From positions 1,897-65,896 of the forward strand of contig JBDTWD010000006.1 in NCBI GenBank assembly GCA_040006915.1: a stretch of DNA of 64,000 nucleotides. The letters run 5' to 3'. Below the pieces are notes generated by a model, which saw nothing but the letters and a program-made list of their open reading frames with translations, was not told where the DNA came from and did not search any database. The stretch is from Candidatus Woesebacteria bacterium. GTDB taxonomy: Bacteria > Patescibacteriota > Microgenomatia > UBA1400 > UBA12028. Positions 30,724 to 40,819 of this stretch are shown piece after piece. The translations under genes were made by a program, and so were the position numbers. Each line of letters starts with the position of its first letter. The stretch's first letter is position 1.

Positions 30724-31067
30724 GGAGTCATAAGTTGAAAGTAGTTACCATCTGGATCCTCTAAAGTTGCAATCCAAGCACCACCCATCTCATACGGTTC
30801 TTTGACAACAGTAGCTCCAAGAGCTTTGATGCGAGCAAATTCTTCTTTCACTTCTTTGGTTTCTAAATTAAACATCATTCGGGATGGATCTTTCGATTTT
30901 CCTTTGACTTCAGAATGAGCTCCAACACCAAAAAAAGTACTTCCTACTGTCCATCCCGCCCAGTCTCCATCGGTCATATCTGGCTTTTTCTCAAAGACTT
31001 TTTCATAAAAATCTGCCATTACTTTTGGTTGGGCACTTCCCACCATAATTGAATTCAAATTCAACAT
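30711..31067 (-). CDS. VOC/glyoxalase-family protein
   Basis: FYEKVF..DPDGN. Confidence 0.85.
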   Translation of the reverse strand: MLNLNSIMVGSAQPKVMADFYEKVFEKKPDMTDGDWAGWTVGSTFFGVGAHSEVKGKSKDPSRMMFNLETKEVKEEFARIKALGATVVKEPYEMGGAWIATLEDPDGNYFQLMTPWEQ

Positions 31068-31083
31068 ATTTTCCTCCTTATTT

Positions 31084-31521
31084 TTACACCCACAACGCCA
31101 GAATTGATCCCATCACCAAAAAGGTGATCAAATTATATCCGTTGTTCAACAGCCACAATCTTACACTTTTTCCCTCAAAAAGCACGGAGCTCAATGTGAT
31201 AGGTGCTACAAATCCCAGCCAATTCCAAAATCCAGTTTGCAAACCAGCACTCAGTCCACTTTCATGCAAATACGCTGAAGCAAAAGTGAGGACATGGGAC
31301 ATAATAAAAGCCATTAACAAAGAACCGACAAACATTATTCCATACGATTTTGCCATGTTTTTTTTCATTCCTGCAGCAACATCTGCCTTGCTCCACCCCA
31401 TCTCTTTAATCCACATTTTTCCAAACAAAGGCCCATACCACAAAAATCCAACGACCAGACTGCTGATAGCGGCAAAAACTACTGCCATATAATTAACCGG
31501 AACCATGACTGCGTTATCCAT
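31084..31521 (-). CDS. DUF1761 membrane protein
   Basis: NYMAV..GFLWYGPLFGKMW, LNNGY. Confidence 0.85.
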   Translation of the reverse strand: MDNAVMVPVNYMAVVFAAISSLVVGFLWYGPLFGKMWIKEMGWSKADVAAGMKKNMAKSYGIMFVGSLLMAFIMSHVLTFASAYLHESGLSAGLQTGFWNWLGFVAPITLSSVLFEGKSVRLWLLNNGYNLITFLVMGSILALWV

Positions 31522-31552
31522 ATGACCTCCATTAAGTTGAATGTACGTACTT

Positions 31553-31855
31553 TCAGTGTAGCACTTCTAATATGAGAGTAATCGCATCAGTATCTTGAAT
31601 GTTTTCAGCCTTGCGAACAGCAGCTTTGATTGGTAAAAGAAATGTTCCTGTTTTTTTATCAGGAAAAATTGAGGTTTTCCAAATACTCTCACCAATGGTC
31701 ACTCGTACAGGAAGCGATCCCCACCCACGTTTTTCATGAGCAAAGTAAAAATCAATTTCTTTGGTTGTTTCTATTGGGATCGAAACAAAGTGCCAAGCCG
31801 TTTTTCCTGGATACAACCATACTTTTGCTGTTACTGTAAATATTCTTTGTATCAT
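31553..31855 (-). CDS. DUF1905 protein
   Basis: WHFVSIP, GWGSLPV..IG..WKTSIFP..LPIKAAVRK. Confidence 0.85.
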   Translation of the reverse strand: MIQRIFTVTAKVWLYPGKTAWHFVSIPIETTKEIDFYFAHEKRGWGSLPVRVTIGESIWKTSIFPDKKTGTFLLPIKAAVRKAENIQDTDAITLILEVLH

Positions 31856-31913
31856 TTTCCGATCCTATACTGATTTTCAAAGTACCCATCGATAGATTAC
31901 AGTTATGGGTTGT

Positions 31914-33248
31914 TCAGTTCTCTGGTTTAATGTTGTAGTTTTGCTGAAACAAATTCTCTGGGTCGTATGATTTTTTGATTTTAGCTAGGCGTTCGTAGGT
32001 CGATTTGGGATATGTGCCTTCGATATCTGCTTGAGTTGCCACAGACAATAAGTTCGCGTATACGCCAGAGCCAAAGGCCTCGAGTTTTTGCCAGGGTTTC
32101 ATCGCAATCTCAATCATATCCGCAGTGGCCTCAGCGGGTACGAAAGTGGGACATACGAGTAAAACCTCACTATCTCGGTGTGGAAAGGCTGTAGCATCCG
32201 GAGCTACCCGATTCATTGCTCCACCAAGACTGCGGATTTGTAAAATTGGGACTGCGGTTTTACACATCGCAAGAATGGTCTCAATAACTTGATCACTAAA
32301 TTCCTTGATAAACACATTTTTGGCGATAACTTGTATACCCTGAGGGGGATGAGCATCTTCTAAGACGTCTGCATAGGTTTTTTCTTTGACCATTGGTTTC
32401 GCTGTCGTTCCAAACTTTGTCAGTGGCTCGATGGCCTTCATGGCAATAGCCTCATCACTCCCTGCATAACAACATAAGAGCATCACTGCTGGCGGATTCC
32501 CAGCCATAGAAGGAAAGACGACGATCATGCTGTTTAATTCTTCCGGTGCCGTGCGCATCGTATCGCGCCACCCCTTAAGCACTGGTTCCAAATCCGCTAG
32601 CCCATAAGCAATTGGGCCAGCAAATACTTTTGTCAGTTGATAGGTTTGGAATTCAAAGTACGTCACCACTCCAAAATTTCCTCCACCACCCCGAATTGCC
32701 CAAAATAAATCGGGATTTTCAGTACTACTAACTTTGAGGATTTCCCCTTTGGCAGTTATGACTTCAGCCGCTACTAAGTTGTCGATCGTTAGACCCACTT
32801 TACGTACCAGCCATCCGATCCCACCTCCCAGTGTTAATCCCCCCACCCCAACAGTTTTCGTATCTCCAGATGATAAGGTCAAGCCTTTGCCTTGTAGAGT
32901 TTCGGCCACTTGAATCCAGTTGGCACCTGATCCTACACGAACCAAATGTTTGTCTTCATTAACCACTTCGATACTATTCATTAACGTCATATCAATGACA
33001 ACTCCATCGGTATTGGTTCCAAAGCCAGGCCCACTGTGCCCACCACTGCGTACCGATAGCACAAGCTTGTTCTCACGTGCATAGGCGATCGCCATTACCA
33101 CATCTGCACTGTTTTTTGGCCGCAAAATGACCGCAGGAGTTCCTGTGTGCATAAACACGTTTGCGGCTTCTTTGTAGGCTGGATCAGCTGGTAAAACAAT
33201 TTCACCAGAGAAAGTAGATCGCAGCGTATCAAAATTGGGAAGATTCAT
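31914..33248 (-). CDS. FAD-binding oxidoreductase (BBE-like)
   Basis: VRSGGH, VGVGGLTLGGG, DLFWAIRGGGGNFGVV, KKSYDPENLF. Confidence 0.92.
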   Translation of the reverse strand: MNLPNFDTLRSTFSGEIVLPADPAYKEAANVFMHTGTPAVILRPKNSADVVMAIAYARENKLVLSVRSGGHSGPGFGTNTDGVVIDMTLMNSIEVVNEDKHLVRVGSGANWIQVAETLQGKGLTLSSGDTKTVGVGGLTLGGGIGWLVRKVGLTIDNLVAAEVITAKGEILKVSSTENPDLFWAIRGGGGNFGVVTYFEFQTYQLTKVFAGPIAYGLADLEPVLKGWRDTMRTAPEELNSMIVVFPSMAGNPPAVMLLCCYAGSDEAIAMKAIEPLTKFGTTAKPMVKEKTYADVLEDAHPPQGIQVIAKNVFIKEFSDQVIETILAMCKTAVPILQIRSLGGAMNRVAPDATAFPHRDSEVLLVCPTFVPAEATADMIEIAMKPWQKLEAFGSGVYANLLSVATQADIEGTYPKSTYERLAKIKKSYDPENLFQQNYNIKPEN

Positions 33249-33264
33249 ACAATGTTCCTTTCAA

Positions 33265-33783
33265 CTATTTTGACTTATTCTTTCCTTCTACCAATAACCC
33301 TTCAATATCAAGCTGTCCACTGGTAAAAGCCATATGACTTTCGCTATCTACCGGCCATTCTTTTTGTGGTCGATCCCAGTATAACTCCAGTCCATTGTCA
33401 TCCGGATCACGCAAATACAATGCTTCGTGTGTTCCATGATCATTCACTCCCTCCATTGGCCATTTAGCATTGACTAATCTATGCAACGCATCTCCTAAAG
33501 CAGCTCTGGTCGGATAGCGAATCGCAACATGATATAAACCCGTTGTTCCTGGCGGTGGAGGTGTTCCTCCTTCTGATTCCCAGGTATTAAAAGCCAGATG
33601 ATGATGATACCCACCCGAAGACAAAAACAGTGCGGTTGGCATTCGGGCAACGACATCAAAGCCTAAAATCCCTACATAAAAATCAAAGATACGTTTCAAA
33701 TCCGCTGTTTTTAAATGCACGTGCCCAATATCAACTCCGGGACCAATAGGATTATTGCTTCGCTCGATAGGTTTGATATGCAT
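33265..33783 (-). CDS. VOC protein, CatE-like extradiol dioxygenase domain
   Basis: IGHVHL, GGYHHHLAFNTW, GLYHVAI, ALYLRDPDDNGLELY. Confidence 0.85.
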   Translation of the reverse strand: MHIKPIERSNNPIGPGVDIGHVHLKTADLKRIFDFYVGILGFDVVARMPTALFLSSGGYHHHLAFNTWESEGGTPPPPGTTGLYHVAIRYPTRAALGDALHRLVNAKWPMEGVNDHGTHEALYLRDPDDNGLELYWDRPQKEWPVDSESHMAFTSGQLDIEGLLVEGKNKSK

Positions 33784-33842
33784 ATGAGCAGTATACCAAA
33801 ATACTCCTTGAACCGAGATCACTTTTCCTGAATACTATATAG

Positions 33843-34355
33843 GTGACTAGAAAGAAACAAAAAACTTCATCGCTTCCTTTATTGTTTATCATTTTGATTG
33901 TCATTGCCACAATCGCTACCGCCAAAGTCTTCCATACGCTTTCTATACAACCTTCAGCTACACCTGTTCCAGAAATCGCTATCCCCTTTGATTTTAGTAG
34001 TCAAAAAACTGGACAAACGACGGGTATTATTACCCATCAGACTGTGAATGCCTCACAAACTCGCGCTGGGGCGATCTTGGTCGATGATTCGAGTGGCTCT
34101 GGCACGTTTTACTCAGTAATTGGTGTGATGCAGACCAATGGAACGGAAGTCTACTCTCAACCAATTTTGATCGGTGATCGAGTACAAATTGTATCACTCA
34201 TGGTTAATGATCCAGGTGCCCATGATAACGGACTTATTACTGTGACGTATCTAGACCGAGCAAAGAACGCTCCAATGACTACCCAACCTACTAAGAAAAT
34301 GATCATTCAATATGCATTTGAAGACAACGGAAATTTAATCCCTGTCAAACAATAA
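33843..34355 (+). CDS. Membrane-anchored exported protein
   Basis: N-terminal TM; SGGSG-like DDSSGSGTFY and IGDRVQI motifs. Confidence 0.65.
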   Translation: MTRKKQKTSSLPLLFIILIVIATIATAKVFHTLSIQPSATPVPEIAIPFDFSSQKTGQTTGIITHQTVNASQTRAGAILVDDSSGSGTFYSVIGVMQTNGTEVYSQPILIGDRVQIVSLMVNDPGAHDNGLITVTYLDRAKNAPMTTQPTKKMIIQYAFEDNGNLIPVKQ

Positions 34356-34370
34356 AAAAAGGAGTTCATC

Positions 34371-35762
34371 ATGAAAGGCTCTACTACTTCAAAATATATT
34401 ATCGTTTCTTTACTGGTGTTAGTCGTGATACTAGCCGGCATATCTGGAGCGTTGTTTCATGAGAAGAAAAGTACCGCAGCTATACGTGGAGCATTTGATA
34501 TCAATGGCATAATTCCTGAGGGCGCGTCGGTAGATGTGGTTGCAACCAGAGCAGATGGAAGCGGAACTCCAGTTCGATTCGCCTCGGGCAACGCCCCTCT
34601 TGATTCCGATGTTTGGCAATATAGTGGGGCTCAAGGAGGACAGTCATATACCATCCAAGCAACCCTACTGGTAAACGGTCAAGAAGTGACAAAATCAAAT
34701 CCAATCACGGTCACAGCTCCTGCCAATAATGAAACCTTAACGCTCAATGTCGAGTCTGCTACTAAGAACACTAAAGCCACAATTACTGGAGACATCGTCA
34801 TCAATGGATACATTCCTTCCGGAGCCACCGTAACCATTCAAGGCAGGACTCTCGGCAGTCAAAAATATACGTCAGTGGCCACTGGTTTGAGTGCCACTGC
34901 TCGCCAAGTTATGAGTTATGCGACCGCGATATCTGGTACCACCTATGAGGTCCAAGGACTCTTATATAACGGCAGTACACAAATTGGTTCGTCAGATACA
35001 GTCGTTGTAACAGCCCCTGCTGCTCACGAAGTTCTCACCATTAATTCAACTGCTGTGGCTCCCGCAACTCCAACGCCACAACCAACTAAGTCTCCAACAA
35101 GCCAAGTCTCGGTGACACCAGCCCCAACGACCATGCCAACTAAGCCAGCTGTCATTTCTGGAAGTATCGATTTTAATGGAATTGCTCCTCCAAATTCACG
35201 CATCGTGATTTTGCAAAAGGTTCACACCAGTCAAAATTATCAAGGAGCTTTAGATAATATTAACCCTGCTGATGGAACAACATGGACTTGGACAAATCCA
35301 ACTGCTTCCACTTGGTATGATATGGTAGCTGTTCTCAAGCAACGACAAAGTGATGGAACAGATAAAGATCTGTCTACGTCTGCCAATGTCGCGGTCGCAG
35401 CTCCGGCAACAAAAATCATCTTTACCTTAAATTCCAGTTTTGGATTGAATGCTCCGAACGGACAAATTAATACCAACTGTGGTAACAAATCTGGAAACAC
35501 ATGGAATGCGACCTTGACGTTTGATCCTATGATAAATGCAGGTTCCTACTGGTACCAAGTCGGTAGCAGCAATGGTGGAACAGACACGGCCAGTGCGACT
35601 ACAAACGCAGATGGAGTCAAACCATTAACGATTCAGATTGGACTTCAGAATGGAACGACTTACTATGTGCGGTATGCCTACGGCATTATGCAGAATCTTG
35701 GAGCCGGAAGCCGCCAATTTTCACCATTCTCATCAGAACATCAAATAAAGTGTGGTTCGTGA
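34371..35762 (+). CDS. Surface protein with three beta-sandwich repeats, Pro/Thr linker and FN3-like C-terminus
   Basis: SD AAGGAG; N-terminal TM; repeats of I.G..ING..P.GA.V...Y...VTAPA..E.LT.N. Confidence 0.75.
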   Translation: MKGSTTSKYIIVSLLVLVVILAGISGALFHEKKSTAAIRGAFDINGIIPEGASVDVVATRADGSGTPVRFASGNAPLDSDVWQYSGAQGGQSYTIQATLLVNGQEVTKSNPITVTAPANNETLTLNVESATKNTKATITGDIVINGYIPSGATVTIQGRTLGSQKYTSVATGLSATARQVMSYATAISGTTYEVQGLLYNGSTQIGSSDTVVVTAPAAHEVLTINSTAVAPATPTPQPTKSPTSQVSVTPAPTTMPTKPAVISGSIDFNGIAPPNSRIVILQKVHTSQNYQGALDNINPADGTTWTWTNPTASTWYDMVAVLKQRQSDGTDKDLSTSANVAVAAPATKIIFTLNSSFGLNAPNGQINTNCGNKSGNTWNATLTFDPMINAGSYWYQVGSSNGGTDTASATTNADGVKPLTIQIGLQNGTTYYVRYAYGIMQNLGAGSRQFSPFSSEHQIKCGS

Positions 35763-35831
35763 GGTTTCTGTTCTCCCCCATGCCTATGTTGCTTTTTTGC
35801 GAAGCTGATCCTATAATCGGACGTTCTGTCT

Positions 35832-36083
35832 ATGAAAAAATTATTTGGAATACAGCTACGGGACGAACGAAAAAAACAAGGTCTCACAGTCCAAATGATC
35901 TCTGAAGCATGTGGTGTTTCTCGTAGTTACATTACTTTGATTGAAAACGGTAAGAGACTCCCAGGGAAAAAGATTCTTCCGAAAATCGCAGTCGCACTTC
36001 ATCTCAAAACAACGATAGTCTTAAACTGGTACCTCGAACATATTAGTGAAAAGATGCAAAACGATCTTAAAATTTCTGAATAG
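35832..36083 (+). CDS. XRE-family HTH regulator
   Basis: GVSRSYITLIENGKRLP; TTGCTT-17-TATAAT upstream. Confidence 0.85.
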   Translation: MKKLFGIQLRDERKKQGLTVQMISEACGVSRSYITLIENGKRLPGKKILPKIAVALHLKTTIVLNWYLEHISEKMQNDLKISE

Positions 36084-36531
36084 TTTTTAAAGCTTCATCA
36101 ATTAAAAACACTTGATTGCTACGCAAGAGCGGTAAATTATCTTTACTAAAAAAACCATATTCAGATATCTCCTCCGAAGCCTTAAAGTCCCCACCGATAA
36201 ACACTCCCACATAACAGACATCCAATCTGGCTACCTCTCGATCTGTACGAGTTTTTAGTTGTTCATCCGCACTGACTACAAAATTTGATTCCTCTTTGAT
36301 CTCACGTTCAATAGCTTCCCTTGGATGTTCACCAGCTTTCATATATCCACCTGGGAGACTCCAGGAGTGAGCGCGGTAGGTGTGTTTAAATAATAGAATT
36401 TCGTTTTTTTCGTTAAAGATCACTCCAGTCACCCCAACCAGGAACTGATCTTGAAAAAACCGCATCACAAACAGCTGAATTCCTTTAGGTAAATGTAATG
36501 CTTTCCAGAGTTTTGCAAGAAAAGTTTTCAC
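36067..36531 (-). CDS. NUDIX hydrolase
   Basis: LPGG..GE..EAIEREIKEES. Confidence 0.9.
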   Translation of the reverse strand: MKTFLAKLWKALHLPKGIQLFVMRFFQDQFLVGVTGVIFNEKNEILLFKHTYRAHSWSLPGGYMKAGEHPREAIEREIKEESNFVVSADEQLKTRTDREVARLDVCYVGVFIGGDFKASEEISEYGFFSKDNLPLLRSNQVFLIDEALKTIQKF

Positions 36532-36872
36532 AGTGCATTAGAATCAATAGGAACAACGCCAGATTTTCGTTTAAGTCTCTCATTTTCCAGTTCTAATTGA
36601 TGGACTCTTTTAGTCAATTCCACTACTTCATTCTTCTTCTTTTTAATAACATTCTCTTTTCCATGAATCGTTAAAGACGTCGAAATATCATGGACAACGT
36701 ACAAAATGTACGAAAACACTAATCCAGTCACAAGCGATCCAACAATCACATAAAAGAGTGGAATATCGGTAAAGATATATGGCCCCACATGCAAAGACAC
36801 TAACATTAGATTTGATTGCGACAGATAGGCAAGCAGTGATCCGACGATGAGTAGTAAGATAAGAATCAACAT
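36528..36872 (-). CDS. LapA-like membrane protein
   Basis: Two TM segments with QSN..V, then coiled coil. Confidence 0.65.
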   Translation of the reverse strand: MLILILLLIVGSLLAYLSQSNLMLVSLHVGPYIFTDIPLFYVIVGSLVTGLVFSYILYVVHDISTSLTIHGKENVIKKKKNEVVELTKRVHQLELENERLKRKSGVVPIDSNAL

Positions 36873-36875
36873 AGA

Positions 36876-37115
36876 TTAAAGTAATCTACTTACAAACAGT
36901 ACTAATAGTGATCCTGCTACAGCGACGGCAAACGACATCATGTTAAAACCAGTCACACCCACTCCAAAGAAATGTTGACCTAAATATCCTCCAACAATCG
37001 CTCCGATAATTCCCAACACAATGGAACCAACAATACCGCCCATAGAACTGGGTGATAAGAAATTAGCAATACTTCCGGCGATCAATCCAAACACAATCCA
37101 GTATAAGAAACTCAT
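36876..37115 (-). CDS. GlsB/YeaQ/YmgE family protein (second paralog)
   Basis: WIVFGLIAG.IA..LGIIGAIVGG..GVTGFN. Confidence 0.9.
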   Translation of the reverse strand: MSFLYWIVFGLIAGSIANFLSPSSMGGIVGSIVLGIIGAIVGGYLGQHFFGVGVTGFNMMSFAVAVAGSLLVLFVSRLL

Positions 37116-37362
37116 ATTTTTTAGTACTCCTTACCTTTAACAATAGCACACATGTATTACACTATAGTATAAATAGGTAAGATTAAGGTAAGCGCAATCA
37201 AGAAAGGTTCTCTATAAAAAGAATTGACAGTGCCACACTTAAAAAGCTATAGACGAAAAATAAAGCATAATACTGTTACATATTTGTTACATTTTTCACA
37301 TGATTTTATTGCAGCTGTCTCTCTACGATAAAGGTAGTATTTCTTAATTTAAAAGCCTCTTT

Positions 37363-37989
37363 ATGTTTTCCCTCAAAAAAGTTTTTCTCTCTCTTATCAC
37401 ATTATCCTCATTTTTTGTCGCAGCTACTCCTGCCTTGGCTGCCAGTCCTGATGGATTTGGACCTTGGGCTGACAAGGTGGTTTCTACCCAGCAAGGATTG
37501 ATGAAAAATGGCCAACCAGTTCCGGCAATTAGAAGTAGCGCACAATCGGCACTAGGGGTGGCAGAAAATGATACGGTTGAAGGACATTTTTATTCCCTGG
37601 GTCTTGGCGGGAAAATTACGTTAGGATTTAAAAATGGAATGAGAAATGGTGTCATCGTGGTTGAAGCGACAAATCCAAACTATCCACTCGAAAAAGCCAC
37701 AGTTGAGGTTTCACCGGATAAAGAACACTGGTTTACAGCTGGTACCGTGACGCAAGATGGACAAGTCACCGTTCCTCAAACTGCTGGCTGTGTTCATTAT
37801 GTGAGACTGACCGATGTGAGTAACGCAGCCGATTTTGGCGACGGAACCGCCGATGGGTATGATGTCGATGGCGTCAAAGGAACAGGTGAACGCTGTTCTA
37901 TCAGGGAACGTCACAATCCAAAAAACCACAATAGCTTCTGTGGCTCGTACTCTGCCAAGAAAGAACAAGAAATCGACAATGGAGACTAA
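37363..37989 (+). CDS. Secreted protein
   Basis: Signal peptide (ATPALA); SLGLGGKITLGF, VEVSPD..W, YVRLTD, GYDVDGV. Confidence 0.7.
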   Translation: MFSLKKVFLSLITLSSFFVAATPALAASPDGFGPWADKVVSTQQGLMKNGQPVPAIRSSAQSALGVAENDTVEGHFYSLGLGGKITLGFKNGMRNGVIVVEATNPNYPLEKATVEVSPDKEHWFTAGTVTQDGQVTVPQTAGCVHYVRLTDVSNAADFGDGTADGYDVDGVKGTGERCSIRERHNPKNHNSFCGSYSAKKEQEIDNGD

Positions 37990-38098
37990 GGTTTCATGAT
38001 TCACGCGGCTGATTGCTTGATAATCAGTTGCACAGGGAAGGAAAACCCAAGGAAGGTTACTGTCCAAGAATTGATCAGGCGATACAGGTTAGAGAAGA

Positions 38099-38485
38099 CT
38101 ACTTCGTTTTCAGCTTCCCACCCACCCAAACGCTCGGGAAAGATAACACGGCTAGTGCCACTGGATACCAGTTAGGCCCCAAAGCCTGTTGAAGATTTGT
38201 CATCACGCCGAGGATTGCAAATAGCGTTCCAATACTGGCAAGAATGGTGACGTGTTTCATCGGCTTGTTCGGAGAAAGTTTTGCGGTAATGTATCCACCC
38301 GCTACTGTATATATCGTTCGATACGTAAGGGCGAGCAACAACATCCAAGTAATGAAAAGTCCTTTTTCTGGAGATGGAAAAATACCCGCTCCTTCAAGGA
38401 GCATATCAGTAAGCACACTCAAAACTGCAACAGTTAGGAATCCGACAACGATTGCCCCAATACTTTTAAAAATCGTTTTTGGCAT
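38099..38485 (-). CDS. Integral membrane protein
   Basis: Four TM segments, GGYITAKL.P, GPNWYP. Confidence 0.75.
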   Translation of the reverse strand: MPKTIFKSIGAIVVGFLTVAVLSVLTDMLLEGAGIFPSPEKGLFITWMLLLALTYRTIYTVAGGYITAKLSPNKPMKHVTILASIGTLFAILGVMTNLQQALGPNWYPVALAVLSFPSVWVGGKLKTK

Positions 38486-38489
38486 AAAT

Positions 38490-38663
38490 TTATAGCTTTA
38501 AGAAAGCTAATACGTTATACACAACAATAGCTGGCCAGACGATCGCTTTGAATACTCCCATAACACCGATCATAAAGGTGGGAGCTTGTTGCACAAAATA
38601 GACGAGTGCTCCGATAAAACCTAATCCGTAGACGGCGTTCATGCTGTGGTTGTGCTTCATCAT
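38490..38663 (-). CDS. 57-aa two-TM membrane protein (not in ORF track)
   Basis: MMKHNHSMNAVYGLGFIGALVYFVQQAPTFMIGVMGVFKAIVWPAIVVYNVLAFLKL; fits gap with 4-nt and 9-nt spacers. Confidence 0.8.
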   Translation of the reverse strand: MMKHNHSMNAVYGLGFIGALVYFVQQAPTFMIGVMGVFKAIVWPAIVVYNVLAFLKL

Positions 38664-38672
38664 ATCTTTCTA

Positions 38673-38897
38673 CTATACCTTTTTTTGCTTATCAAAAGAA
38701 GTCGTTTTAAACGGTTCTCCTTTTTGATCATAAGTAGTCCACTCACCGACTTGTTTACCATTCTCAAAATATCCCGACCGCATTTTGGTTCCATCAGTTC
38801 GAAACCACTCCCAATATCCCACACATACCTCACCATCCATATCTCCTTTTGCCCAAACGCTGCCATCCTTATGGTATTCAATATGTGGTTTTTGCAT
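38673..38897 (-). CDS. MORN-variant repeat protein
   Basis: YHKDG..KG..G.WEWFR.DG..G.F.NGKQVGEW..Y. Confidence 0.75.
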   Translation of the reverse strand: MQKPHIEYHKDGSVWAKGDMDGEVCVGYWEWFRTDGTKMRSGYFENGKQVGEWTTYDQKGEPFKTTSFDKQKKV

Positions 38898-38900
38898 ACC

Positions 38901-39290
38901 TTATTCCCCACCCTCTAAGACTGACAAAATATTCCCCGCTGGATCCGTAAACCAAGCAATGTCAGGCCCTTTCTTCGCAGCTTTCCCACGCACGATTCCT
39001 TTGGCGTCGGCTGGCATTCCCTCATAACGCTCAAAATGTATCCCATTCTTCGTTAATTCATCAACAGCTATATCAATATCATCAACTTCGAAATTTAAAA
39101 TTGTGAAGGTCGCTGGTCGATGATTTTCTTTAGGATACACAAACACCTTACTGCCACCAGGTAAATGAAGATATAAGCCCATCCCTGCTTCTTCCTCCAC
39201 TCGAAGTCCCATAATTTCGGTGTAAAATACTTTCGCTTTGGCTACATCGTTGACTGAAAAACCGCTAAAGACGTCTTTAACTGCAAACAT
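38901..39290 (-). CDS. VOC/glyoxalase-family protein
   Basis: [23 protein letters not shown]. Confidence 0.88.
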   Translation of the reverse strand: MFAVKDVFSGFSVNDVAKAKVFYTEIMGLRVEEEAGMGLYLHLPGGSKVFVYPKENHRPATFTILNFEVDDIDIAVDELTKNGIHFERYEGMPADAKGIVRGKAAKKGPDIAWFTDPAGNILSVLEGGE

Positions 39291-39312
39291 AGGTTTCCTC
39301 CTTTGTTATTCG

Positions 39313-40164
39313 TTAGTGATGGACCTGCAGATCATGCTTTTTGTCATCTCTCCACATTTGTTTGACGCGAATTCCCATAATGATTTTCATCAGCCATGGT
39401 AAGTGGTTATTAATGGTGACGGTCAAATCCAGTAATGGTTGTAATCTAGCAATATATACGACTCGTTTAGGATGTTTTAAACACTCTATAACATCATGGG
39501 CTACGCGCTCTTTAGTAACTCCAGTTAAAGTATCATAAGGATAATTAATTCCTTGATGCCTCGACGCTTTGGCATTAAAAAGCGTATTCACTGCGGATGG
39601 ATGAATGCGACTAACTCGAATCCCCCAAGGAGCGAGCTCATGACGAATCGCATCATTTAATCCTTCAACGGCGTACTTTGTACTGGAATAAATGGTGAGC
39701 GGGGGAATAGGAACTAAACTCGCGTAGGAAGCAAAGTTAATAATGTGACCACTATGCTGGGATTTCATGGTGGGGACAACTTGTGAGATAAGTTGTGCCA
39801 TGGCAATAATATTGACCTGATATTGCTCAGCAATTTCTTCTGCAGTATTCTCTTCTATCCAATCGTAGTATCCCATCCCAGCGACATTGACTAGGATATC
39901 AATCCGACCAAACGTTTCTAGAGTTTTCCCTACCACATTAGCTATTTGCTTGGCCTCTTTCAAATCAGTTTTGACAACCAGAGCTTGTCCACCACTTTTG
40001 CGGATTTGAGTTGCGACTTCTTCTAAGATTGTTTCACGTCTAGCCACCAATACGACGTTGGCTCCTTCTTTTCCCAATAACAAGGCAATCTCTTTTCCAC
40101 TTCCATCAGAAGCACCAGTGACGATCGCGACTTTATTTGCAAGCATATTTTGATTTGTAGACAC
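39313..40164 (-). CDS. Short-chain dehydrogenase/reductase
   Basis: IVTGASDGSG, DILVNVAG, YSSTK. Confidence 0.9.
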   Translation of the reverse strand: MSTNQNMLANKVAIVTGASDGSGKEIALLLGKEGANVVLVARRETILEEVATQIRKSGGQALVVKTDLKEAKQIANVVGKTLETFGRIDILVNVAGMGYYDWIEENTAEEIAEQYQVNIIAMAQLISQVVPTMKSQHSGHIINFASYASLVPIPPLTIYSSTKYAVEGLNDAIRHELAPWGIRVSRIHPSAVNTLFNAKASRHQGINYPYDTLTGVTKERVAHDVIECLKHPKRVVYIARLQPLLDLTVTINNHLPWLMKIIMGIRVKQMWRDDKKHDLQVHH

Positions 40165-40247
40165 ACTTTATCCTTGCACGATTATAGAACCTGCGCAAGA
40201 TGTGGGAAGATATCTCGTGCACTTTCATCCTAAAGTCCAGATAAGCT

Positions 40248-40607
40248 TTACTCTTTTCCTTTTTTACTATTTTCTTTCACTCTGAAAGCCACAATTTTGC
40301 TGATCAAATCAAACGGAATTGGTTTATCCAGAGGAAATTGCAAAGTTCCTTTTCCTGTTTCATACGGCTCTAACTCTTTTTTAAATGCTTCAATACCTGA
40401 GGGGGCTGGATAAAATCCGATATGATTTTTAAATCCTCCAAAGTGTACAAGATTCCCGTTGAGTTTAAAGGTGGCAAGCCCATACGCGATTGCCTCCGTA
40501 GCTTCTGGAGCACCCTTCTTAATTGTCTGTCTTATTTTTTCTAAAAGAACTTGGGTTTCCTTTGGATAACTCTGTATGTATTCATCTATTGAATTGTAGT
40601 TTTTCAT
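40248..40607 (-). CDS. DUF1801 (YdhG-like) protein
   Basis: IDEYI, APEATE.I.YG, HIGFYP, KGTLQFP. Confidence 0.88.
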   Translation of the reverse strand: MKNYNSIDEYIQSYPKETQVLLEKIRQTIKKGAPEATEAIAYGLATFKLNGNLVHFGGFKNHIGFYPAPSGIEAFKKELEPYETGKGTLQFPLDKPIPFDLISKIVAFRVKENSKKGKE

Positions 40608-40819
40608 ATATGTAACTTCGACTACAAACGTTTCGTTTCCCTCTTTCCATTGTTATACGTATATTCATCTTTCAGTATACTATTCTTCAAACTGAAGAGC
40701 TCATACAAATACGGGACTATCGGATCAGCATCAAATCAATACAACCCTTCTCTGGAGAAGACCTCAAATCTATAGTGGCGTGAATGATTTTGCGGTCTTT
40801 TGACGACTAATTAGGCACC

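Noticed and set aside
40582-40668. 28-codon leaderless-looking ORF overlapping the DUF1801 start
   Set aside because: No regulatory codon run or terminator/antiterminator structure; may be chance.
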